32,000 nucleotides of DNA from an uncultured archaeon (GTDB lineage Archaea > Iainarchaeota > Iainarchaeia > Iainarchaeales > Iainarchaeaceae): contig CAZNZM010000003.1 in NCBI GenBank assembly GCA_964577555.1, positions 92,915 through 124,914 on the forward strand, in the 5' to 3' direction. Position numbers and translations under genes: made by a program. The notes under the pieces were generated by a model. That model had not been told where the DNA came from. It saw nothing but the letters and a program-made list of their open reading frames with translations, and did not search any database. Of this stretch, positions 9,440-17,076 are shown one piece after another; positions within the stretch are counted from its first letter, which is position 1; each line of letters starts with the position of its first letter.

Positions 9440-9775
9440 TTCACTTTTAAAAAAATCAAAATTTTTGTTGTCTATTTTGGTAGTCGGCTTTTGGAATTTT
9501 TTTCGCCAAGCCAATTTTTGTATTTTTTTTGTCTTTGGTTTGGTTTTTTTTTGCGAGCCATTTTTTTTTAGTCATGTTTATTTTTTTTTTAATTAAAATT
9601 GTTTTGTTTTTTTTTGATTTTTTTTTATTTTGATATTTGCGGACTTTTTTTGTCATTTTTTTTGTTTTTGCCCTGTTTTTTTTGTTATCTGATTTTTTTA
9701 TTTTTTAATTTTTGAATTTTTTTTTAGATACAGATTATTTTTTTGTCTTTGTCTTGCTTTTTTGTTGTTTTTCAA
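9440..9775 (+). repeat. T-rich intergenic repeat block B, between divergent gene starts
   Basis: GC islands are GCCAAGCC at 9505-9512 and GCGAGCC at 9553-9559, each followed by a T run. An aaattgttttgttttttttt module starts at about 9596. The orientation matches the other blocks. Confidence 0.7.
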
Positions 9776-9785
9776 ACTAAACTTT

Positions 9786-9793
9786 TTTATATT
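9786..9793 (+). promoter_or_regulatory. TATA box (TTTATATT) for the GH130-like gene, which is probably leaderless
   Basis: TTTATATT is centred about 24 nt upstream of the ATG at 9814. No Shine-Dalgarno lies between them. Confidence 0.45.
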
Positions 9794-9813
9794 TTAATAT
9801 CCTAGTTAATGAA

Positions 9814-10905
9814 ATGAAAATTGAAAGTAAGTTGCTTGCGAAGCCGGAAGATGTTGTTCCAACCACGCCGAAGTTCAGGGTCAGGGGTGTTTTTAACCCT
9901 GCGGCTATAAGGTTGAAGAGTAAAAAAATACTTCTTTTGGCAAGAGTGGCTGAAACTCCTTTTCATGGTGAAAAATATTTTATTGCGCCAAGGTTTGCCG
10001 GCAAGTCAAAGACTAAAATTATAATGGAAAAAATTTTGAGAAAAGAAGGCAAATTCAAAGAAAATTATTTTCTCTTTGATTCTGAAATTGCTAGGTTGCC
10101 TACTATTTCTCATTTGAGAAAGATTTTGCTTGACGAGTCTGGCATGAATGTTGAAAAGATTTCCAACAAACCTGATTTTATGGGTTTGGAAAATGATGGG
10201 GATTTTGGCGTTGAAGATCCAAGGGTTACTTGTTTTAAAAAAGAGGGTTTTTGTGCAATGACTTATGTTTCTGTTTCAATGTACACTGGCGTCTCAACTT
10301 CTCTTGCAATTACAAAAGACCTTAAAAATTGGTCTCGTGAAGGAATAATTTTCAGGCAACAAAACAAGGATGTTGTGATTTATCCTGAGAAAATAAATGG
10401 TTATTATGTTGCTTTGCATAGGCCTGAAGGTACGATGATTTTTGACAAGCCGAGAATTTGGCTTTCTTATTCCAAGGACTTGGTGTTTTGGGGGCGGGAC
10501 AAAGCAATTATGAGTCCGCGGAAAGGGTGTTGGGACGGTTTAAGGATAGGTAATGGGAGCGTTCCGCTTAAAATTGATGATGGTTGGCTCGAGTTTTATC
10601 ATGGGGTAAGTCTTTCCGATCAAAACAATCCGGATTCTCAAAAAATTTATTGTGCAGGTGCGGTAGTATTTGACTATAAGGATCCTTCCAAGATTTTGGC
10701 TCGTTCTCCTGCAAAAAAGCCTTTGCTTTCGCCTGAACAAGATTATGAAAAATCAGGTTTTGTCAGCCATGTTGTTTTTCCTACTGCCGCTTTGCTTGAC
10801 TCTGACAAAAAGCATGTTTTGGTTTTTGGCGGAGGCGGAGATTCTTCGATTTTTGTCAAGAGGCTTGCCCTCAATGACGTTTTGAACTCGTTGGAATGGA
10901 GTTAG
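9814..10905 (+). CDS. GH130-family (DUF377/PH1107-like) glycosidase or beta-mannoside phosphorylase-like protein
   Basis: Family-typical motifs are RGVFNPAAIRL, GVEDPRVTCF and IGNGSVPLKIDDGWLEFYHGV. At 363 aa it fits a five-bladed propeller of this size. Confidence 0.85.
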   Translation: MKIESKLLAKPEDVVPTTPKFRVRGVFNPAAIRLKSKKILLLARVAETPFHGEKYFIAPRFAGKSKTKIIMEKILRKEGKFKENYFLFDSEIARLPTISHLRKILLDESGMNVEKISNKPDFMGLENDGDFGVEDPRVTCFKKEGFCAMTYVSVSMYTGVSTSLAITKDLKNWSREGIIFRQQNKDVVIYPEKINGYYVALHRPEGTMIFDKPRIWLSYSKDLVFWGRDKAIMSPRKGCWDGLRIGNGSVPLKIDDGWLEFYHGVSLSDQNNPDSQKIYCAGAVVFDYKDPSKILARSPAKKPLLSPEQDYEKSGFVSHVVFPTAALLDSDKKHVLVFGGGGDSSIFVKRLALNDVLNSLEWS

Positions 10906-10952
10906 CTATAAATACATCTTGTGCAACAAATTCTTATAGGTGAAAAATTACG

Positions 10953-13133
10953 TTGGTTTCATCTGCAAGAAAATATCTGATTTTATCATCTTATCCTCCT
11001 CGTGAGTGCGGGATTGCGACTTTCACTAAAGACCTCTCGGATTCTATACAAAAAAGGTTTGGCAATTCGCTTGTTTCTAAAATCGCGGCTATCAATGAAT
11101 CAAATTATGTGCTTAGGACTTATCCTAAAAAAGTTTCAATTACTTTGACTGAAAATGATATTTCAAGTTATGAGGCTTTGGCAAAAAAAATAAATCGTAT
11201 GAAGAATGTTGAAGTGGTGAATATTCAACATGAATTTGGTTTGTTTGGCGGTCTTTTTGGCAGTTATCTTTTGACTTTCATGGAGCTTTTGAATAAAAAA
11301 ATAATCACGACGTTGCATACTGTTCTTGAAGATCCTAAACAGGAAATGAAAGAGGTTGTGAGGCGAATATTTGAATTAAGCGATAAAGTAGTTGTTATGA
11401 CTGAAAATGCAAAGGAAATTCTTGCAGACCACTATCAAGTTGATGTTTCGAAGGTTGAGGTGATTCCTCATGGCGTGCCTGCAATTAGTTATGAAAAAAA
11501 CGAGAATGCTAAAAAGAAGTATGGTTTAAAGGGCAAGACAGTTCTAATGACTTTCGGCATGCTTAGCAAAGGAAAGTCGCTTGAAACTGTAATAAACGCG
11601 TTGCCAAAAGTTGTCAAAAAATTTCCAAATGTGGTTTATTTGATAGTTGGGCAAACCCACCCTGTTGTAAGGCAAAAAGAGGGCGAGTCTTACAGAAACA
11701 TGTTGAAAGAATTGGTTGCTCATCATAATTTGGGTGATAATGTCAAGTTTCTTGACAAATATTTGACTTTAAAAGAAATAATAGAGTGTTTGCAGATGGC
11801 TGATATTTATCTTGCGCCTTCTTCTGATGCAAGGCAAATATGCAGTGGCACGGTGAGTTATGCCATGGGCGCTGGAAGAGCCATAATAGCGTCAAAAACG
11901 AAGTATAATGGAGAGGTTTTGGCTTCAAAAAGGGGTATTATAATAAAAGAAAATGATCCTGATGCTTTTTCAAGAGCCATAATAAGGTTGCTTAAGAATC
12001 ACGAGCTAAGGGCTGTATTGGAAAAGAATGCTTTTGAGTATAGCAGAAAAATGACTTGGCAGAATGTTTCTACTAAATATTTCAATGTGATTCGTTCTTT
12101 GAGCCAATTTTCAATAAGCGAATTTGGAAAATTGCCTAAGTTTAATTTTAAGCATTTTTTTAGAATAACTGATGATTTTGGCATGATACAATTTTGCAAT
12201 TATACTACTCCGGACATTGAAAGCGGTTATACTCTTGATGACAATGCAAGAGCTTTGGTTGTTTCAAAGAAAGCGTTTGAATTGTTTGGCTACAAAAAAT
12301 TTGTAAAAATGGCGGACAAGTTTTTGGATTTTGTTGATTATTGTTATGAAAGCGATGGAGTAATACACAATGTCGTGAATTATAAAAGAGAATATGCTGA
12401 TGATATTGGAAGCGAAGATAGTTATGGTAGGGCTTTGTGGGGGCTTGCGGAAACGGTTGAGTCTAACATGCCGTTGCAAATCAAGGAAAAAGCCAAGGCA
12501 ATACTTTCCAAGTATATAAAAAGCGGAATTGAAGTCAGTTCTCCGAGAGCCGAAGCCGATTCTCTTATTGGATTGACAAAAGTAATGGATCATTTTCCAT
12601 CGGAAGCAGAAACACATGAAAAATTATTGGATTCTTTGATATGCAAATACAACGATTCAAAGGATGAAGATTGGAAATGGTTTGAAAGTTATTTGACGTA
12701 TGCTAATGGCAGAATACCTGAAGCTCTTTTTGAAGCGCATAAATTTGACAAGTCTGGCGAAGCGAAAAATATTGCAATTGAATCAATGGATTTTTTGACT
12801 AAAATTCTTTTTATTGAAGACAAACTTTTTCCAGTTGGACAAGAAAAATGGTATCATCGCAAAAGCGAAAGGTCAATGTTTGATCAACAACCAATAGAGG
12901 CTTCAGTGATGACAACCGCTTATATTAAAGCTTTTGAATCCACTGGGAACCAAATTTATATGAAAAGAGCCCATGACGCGTTTGATTGGTTTTTAGGCAA
13001 AAATGCGCATCATTTGATGGTTTATGACGAAGCAAGTGGAGGATCGTTTGACGGAATAACGCGCAATGGTGTTAATGCAAATCAAGGTGCCGAATCAACA
13101 GTGTCTTATTTGCTTGCAAGGCTTTCTTTTTGA
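10953..13133 (+). CDS. Glycosyltransferase family 4 (group 1) fused to an uncharacterised helix-rich C-terminal domain of about 340 aa
   Basis: The TTG start at 10953 has AGGTGA (10938-10943) 9 nt upstream. The N-terminus ILSSYPPRECGIATFTKDL is typical of GT4. The GT-B C-lobe region contains LAPSSDARQICSGTVSYAMGAGRAIIAS. Residues about 390-726 (YGRALWGLAETV, WFESYLTYANGRIPEAL) have no motif I can name. Confidence 0.85.
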   Translation: MVSSARKYLILSSYPPRECGIATFTKDLSDSIQKRFGNSLVSKIAAINESNYVLRTYPKKVSITLTENDISSYEALAKKINRMKNVEVVNIQHEFGLFGGLFGSYLLTFMELLNKKIITTLHTVLEDPKQEMKEVVRRIFELSDKVVVMTENAKEILADHYQVDVSKVEVIPHGVPAISYEKNENAKKKYGLKGKTVLMTFGMLSKGKSLETVINALPKVVKKFPNVVYLIVGQTHPVVRQKEGESYRNMLKELVAHHNLGDNVKFLDKYLTLKEIIECLQMADIYLAPSSDARQICSGTVSYAMGAGRAIIASKTKYNGEVLASKRGIIIKENDPDAFSRAIIRLLKNHELRAVLEKNAFEYSRKMTWQNVSTKYFNVIRSLSQFSISEFGKLPKFNFKHFFRITDDFGMIQFCNYTTPDIESGYTLDDNARALVVSKKAFELFGYKKFVKMADKFLDFVDYCYESDGVIHNVVNYKREYADDIGSEDSYGRALWGLAETVESNMPLQIKEKAKAILSKYIKSGIEVSSPRAEADSLIGLTKVMDHFPSEAETHEKLLDSLICKYNDSKDEDWKWFESYLTYANGRIPEALFEAHKFDKSGEAKNIAIESMDFLTKILFIEDKLFPVGQEKWYHRKSERSMFDQQPIEASVMTTAYIKAFESTGNQIYMKRAHDAFDWFLGKNAHHLMVYDEASGGSFDGITRNGVNANQGAESTVSYLLARLSF

Positions 13134-14778
13134 ATTTGTTCAAGTTATTTAAAATTTTTTTAGCTGCTTTTTTGTCAATGATTATTCTGCAATTTTTATG
13201 GGTTTGAAGCAACGAAGCAGGTGTTTTTTCGCTTTTTTTTCCGAAGAAAACTTTGTAAATAGCGTCTGCTTTTTTTTCACCGCTTGCAACGAGCAGTGCT
13301 TTTTTTGAAAGCATTATTTGTTTAGGGCCTATTGTTATTGCGTGCCATTTTTGGTTTTTTGGAAAAGACACTTTGTTTGCTTTTAATGTCTGGTTTGACA
13401 ATTTTGTCAAATGTGTTCCCAAATTGAATTTGGTTCCCGGCTCGTTAAAGGCTATGTGTCCGTTCTCTCCTATGCCGAGCAAAATCAGGTCTATTCCGAG
13501 TTTGTTGCAGATCAAATCAAATCTTTTGCATTCGTCTTTATAGTCATTTTCAAGTTTATTAATCAAATAAAGGTTTTTTTTGTTGAAATTTGCGTTTGAA
13601 AGAAAGTGTTTTTCAATATCGTGCAAGAGGGTTTTGTTTTTATTCAGTCCTATGTATTCGTCCATTTGTATGAAAGAAGCTTTTGAAAAATCCATTTTTT
13701 TGGTTTTGGCTAGTTTGCCGATTTTTTTGTATGCAATTCTTGGCGTCTTTCCTGAAGCAAAGCAAAAAACTGGGTTTGGTTTGTTATTCAAGGAAAATGT
13801 TATTTCTTCTACAATCCTGTTTGACATTGCTTCGTGGTTTTTTACTATTTCCAATTCAATCAAGTTTTGGGAGTTGGCAAAATTCCGAATATCTTGGCTT
13901 AGAGTATTGGCAAAGCCGTTCATGGAAATTTTTCTGAAAGCCACGTAGTTTCCTATTCTCAAACAATTCAAATCGCTGAAACCATTTATTAATCCGAATA
14001 CAAAACCGGCGTTGAAGAAATCCCCTGCTCCTGTTGAATCTTTGGATTTTCCTTTGAATGCGGGAAAATAATATTTTTGGCCGTTGGAAAAAAGAACTGC
14101 GCCTTTTGGGCCTTTCTTCAGCACGATTTTTTTGAATCCAATTGATGCTAATTTTTTCAAAGCTTGGTTTTCTTCATTTGTTTTGGTTATATGCCTTAAT
14201 TCCACTTCGTTGAGAAAAAACAAGTCAACGAATTTTGCAAAGTTTTTGACTTCCCATTTTCCATATTCGTCAAAAGTCGCGTCAAAAAAAACGAGGCCGC
14301 CTTTTTTTCTTATTTTTTTCAGCAAGTTTCTAAATCCTTTTTTCATACCTAAAAGGTGGAAAAATCCTCCAAAGTAAGTTATGTCATCTTGTGAAAGAGC
14401 TGGCAATAATTTTTTTGCAACTTTTTTTGAATCAAGTTCCAGCAAGCATCCTTTGTTTGAAAGTATTGCCCTTTCTCCAGATTTTGCAACCATTATGTTT
14501 GAAATTCCGTTTTGGTTGTTTGAATTGAATAGCATGCTTTTTACATTGAATTTTTCGAGTTCTGATTTCAAAAAATCTGTGTAAATGTCTTTTCCAATAA
14601 TACTGATTAATCTTGTATCAACGCCGAGGTTGCCAAGTGCGCATGCAAAGTTTGCCGCGTTTCCGCCTAAGGTGATTTGGAAATTTTTTGAAAAATGTTC
14701 TTCTCCAAAAATTGGTTTGCATGATACTTGGCTGTGCAAATCAACGTTCAAATCGCCTATCGCAAAAACTTTTTGCAT
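13072..14778 (-). CDS. Fusion protein: PfkB-family sugar kinase (N-terminal) and NagB-type glucosamine-6-phosphate deaminase/isomerase (C-terminal)
   Basis: PfkB motifs are GGNAANFA and DSTGAGDFFNAGF. NagB motifs are FASGKTP, MDEY and LLGIGENGHIAFNEPG. The track ORF starts at a TTG at 14802. I prefer the ATG at 14778 (MQKVFAIGDLNVD), which has a TATA-like element about 30 nt upstream. Confidence 0.9.
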   Translation of the reverse strand: MQKVFAIGDLNVDLHSQVSCKPIFGEEHFSKNFQITLGGNAANFACALGNLGVDTRLISIIGKDIYTDFLKSELEKFNVKSMLFNSNNQNGISNIMVAKSGERAILSNKGCLLELDSKKVAKKLLPALSQDDITYFGGFFHLLGMKKGFRNLLKKIRKKGGLVFFDATFDEYGKWEVKNFAKFVDLFFLNEVELRHITKTNEENQALKKLASIGFKKIVLKKGPKGAVLFSNGQKYYFPAFKGKSKDSTGAGDFFNAGFVFGLINGFSDLNCLRIGNYVAFRKISMNGFANTLSQDIRNFANSQNLIELEIVKNHEAMSNRIVEEITFSLNNKPNPVFCFASGKTPRIAYKKIGKLAKTKKMDFSKASFIQMDEYIGLNKNKTLLHDIEKHFLSNANFNKKNLYLINKLENDYKDECKRFDLICNKLGIDLILLGIGENGHIAFNEPGTKFNLGTHLTKLSNQTLKANKVSFPKNQKWHAITIGPKQIMLSKKALLVASGEKKADAIYKVFFGKKSEKTPASLLQTHKNCRIIIDKKAAKKILNNLNKFKKKALQANKTLLIRHLDLH

Positions 14779-14835
14779 CAAACCATTCCTTGTTTTAGAC
14801 AATTAATTTATACTTTTGCGTTGAAGTTATTAATA
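14779..14835. promoter_or_regulatory. 57-bp divergent promoter region shared by the kinase-deaminase fusion and the PIG-L gene
   Basis: One AT-rich element, aattaatttatac (about 14801-14813), reads as a TATA-like box on both strands. It sits about 26-30 nt from the ATG at 14778 (minus) and the ATG at 14836 (plus). Confidence 0.4.
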
Positions 14836-15417
14836 ATGGTTAACGCTTTGGTTGTAGTTGCGCATCCTGACGATGAAACAATCTGGATGGGTGGAAAAAT
14901 AATTCGTGAAAAGGATTGGAATTGGACTATTGTTTCTTTGTGCAGAAAAGATGATCCTGACAGGGCTCCAAAATTTTTTAAGGTTTGTCGCGAACTTAAT
15001 GCGAAGGGTTTCATATCTGATTTGGATGATGAACATCCTGAACAATGGCTTCCAAGTATTGATGAAGTTGTAAAAAGGGTTGAACCTGTAGTTCATGACA
15101 AAAAATTTGATTATGTTTTTACTCATGGAGCTAATGGGGAATATGGACACAAAAGGCATATTGAGACTCACAAAGCTTTGGTTGAAATGGCTAAATCAAA
15201 AATGTTAGATTTTAAAGAATTAATTTGTTTTGATTATAAGAGGAGAGAAGTGCCTTTTATGGCTGTTCCCTCTGGCGATGCTCCGATAAAATTGGAGTTG
15301 TCTGATAATGAATTTAAAAAAAAATTTTGGCTTGTGAACGAGGTTTATGGATTTAGGCGGGATATTTTTGAGTGTCTTAGTTGTTCGAAAATTGAAGCTT
15401 TTAGGAAGGTTTTTTGA
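14836..15417 (+). CDS. PIG-L/LmbE-family N-acetylglucosaminyl deacetylase
   Basis: The N-terminus is MVNALVVVAHPDDETIWMGG, carrying the AHPDDE zinc-binding signature, and a later THGANGEYGHKRH motif is present. I trimmed the start from the track's 14728 to the ATG at 14836. Confidence 0.88.
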   Translation: MVNALVVVAHPDDETIWMGGKIIREKDWNWTIVSLCRKDDPDRAPKFFKVCRELNAKGFISDLDDEHPEQWLPSIDEVVKRVEPVVHDKKFDYVFTHGANGEYGHKRHIETHKALVEMAKSKMLDFKELICFDYKRREVPFMAVPSGDAPIKLELSDNEFKKKFWLVNEVYGFRRDIFECLSCSKIEAFRKVF

Positions 15418-16575
15418 ATGAAAAATGGAAAAAAGTTTTCTGCTGCCGTGTTATATCCTTATCCTCCTGAAATGGACGGCGTAAGTTTGCAAGGCTATTA
15501 TCTTTCCAAAGGGTTGATTTATCATGGTTATGAAGTTTATCAGGCAAACAGGCGGGCAAGATTTGAAAAAGAATTTATTTATCGTCACTATAAACCTGAT
15601 GTTGCAATAGGCATAGGTTTTTGGGGGGATTTGCCTCAACTTTCAATGTATACTCAAAAATATGGGGTTCAGCTTGTTCCTTGGCTTAATGCGGACGGCT
15701 GGGTTGCAAATTATCATGAAATGATTGAGTCTTTTCCGCTTTTATTTACTACGAGCAGGTGGGTGAAAGAAACTTATATGAGAGATGGGCTTTCGGGAAA
15801 AAACATGGTGCCAATGCCGATTGGCATAGACACTGATGAAATGAAACCTATTTTAAAGGACGATCCTCGTGTAGTTTCAATGAGAAAGATGCTTGGTGTA
15901 AAAGATGACGAGTTGATGATTCTTACTGTTGGCGGGGATGTTACAAGCAAAGGTTTTCAAGAAGTGCTTAAAGCTTTGGGAAAAATAGGTGATAAATTTG
16001 TAAAATGGCATTATGTGGGTAAGGCATGGGAAAATCACCAGCCAACATATCATTACAGGGACGAATTGGACATAATAAAAAAATTTGGTTTTGATGACAA
16101 GATAGAATATATTGATGGAAGCACTTCAAGGCAAACTTTGAATGTTTTGCTTAGCGCGGCGGACATTTATGCGGCTCCAAGTAGGATAGAAGGCTTTGGC
16201 ATGATTCAAGTTGAAGCAATGGCGTGTGGAATTCCAGTAGTATCGGTTGATGCTGGCGGAATAAAAGATACAGTGGTTCATAATGAAACTGGCTTTCTTG
16301 CAAAAGTCGCGGAGACAATAGATTTGGATCAGGAATGGGTTTATCCTGAAATGGGTTTTGAAAAAAAGCAGATAATTAAGTTTGACAAGCCAAAAACATT
16401 TGCGGTAAGGGCTGATGTTGACGAATTGGCAGATTATCTTATTAGACTCATGGAGGATTCAGAACTCAGAAAAAAAATGGGTGAAAACGGAAGAAAGCAC
16501 GCTGTTGAAAACTTTGATTATAGGGTGACTTCGTTAAAACTTGCCAAAACTGTTGAGGAAAAGCTTGGGCTTTGA
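15418..16575 (+). CDS. Glycosyltransferase family 4 (group 1)
   Basis: The EX7E-region motif is APSRIEGFGMIQVEAMACGIPVVSVDAGGIKDTVVHNETGFL. The ATG at 15418 directly abuts the TGA of the PIG-L gene (15415-15417). Confidence 0.9.
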   Translation: MKNGKKFSAAVLYPYPPEMDGVSLQGYYLSKGLIYHGYEVYQANRRARFEKEFIYRHYKPDVAIGIGFWGDLPQLSMYTQKYGVQLVPWLNADGWVANYHEMIESFPLLFTTSRWVKETYMRDGLSGKNMVPMPIGIDTDEMKPILKDDPRVVSMRKMLGVKDDELMILTVGGDVTSKGFQEVLKALGKIGDKFVKWHYVGKAWENHQPTYHYRDELDIIKKFGFDDKIEYIDGSTSRQTLNVLLSAADIYAAPSRIEGFGMIQVEAMACGIPVVSVDAGGIKDTVVHNETGFLAKVAETIDLDQEWVYPEMGFEKKQIIKFDKPKTFAVRADVDELADYLIRLMEDSELRKKMGENGRKHAVENFDYRVTSLKLAKTVEEKLGL

Positions 16576-16589
16576 AAATTTGATTTTAA

Positions 16590-17076
16590 AATTAAAATTA
16601 TTTTGTCTTTTTTGGCTTGGTTTTTTTTGTCTTTTTTTGGCAGCCATTTTTTTTGTATGAGTTTTTGTTTAGCCAATTTGCTTATTTTTTTGAATTCTTT
16701 TTTTGTGGGCCATTTTGCCATTTTTTGTGAAGTTGTTTTTTTCTATTTTGTTTTCAATTATTTTTTTTGCAAGCCATTTTTTTAGTTATTTTTTTTGTTA
16801 ATTTTTTTTTATTTTGTTTTAATTGTTTTGTTTTTGTCTTTGTTTTAGCTGGTTTTTTTTGTTTCTTTTTTTTGAGTTGTTTTTTTAGATGTTTTTTTGC
16901 AAGCCGTTTTTTTTGTCATCTTGTTTTTTGTTGTGCCAAATTTTTTTGTTATTTTTCTTTTTTTGTTAGTCTATTTAGAGAATTTTATTTTTTTTAATTT
17001 TAAAAAATTGGATTATTTTTTCGGCAAGGATTTTTTTAATTTTTTTTAAGTTTTTTTGAATAATTTTTTGCGTGTT
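16590..17076 (+). repeat. T-rich intergenic repeat block C, between convergent gene ends
   Basis: A sampled line (16801-16860) is about 75% T. The module aaaattattttgtcttttttggcttgg plus a T8 run is at 16594-16628. GCAAGCC plus a T run occurs at 16769 and 16899, and related islands are ggcagcca at 16639, agccaa at 16671 and gtgccaaa at 16933. Confidence 0.75.

Noticed and set aside
9316-9813. Replication-origin interpretation of the AT-rich blocks
   Set aside because: No orc1/cdc6 gene is adjacent and no inverted origin-recognition-box pairs flank an unwinding element. Five similar blocks in 32 kb is far too many for origins.
16603-16997. Phe-rich plus-strand ORFs inside the T-rich blocks (16603..16785, 16767..16997, 26273..26458, 31655..31864, and the N-terminal extension 26811-26885 of trm5)
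   Set aside because: They are translations of poly-T DNA, where TTT codes for Phe. They have no start or SD/TATA geometry and implausible composition, and homopolymer-length differences between repeat copies would break their frames.
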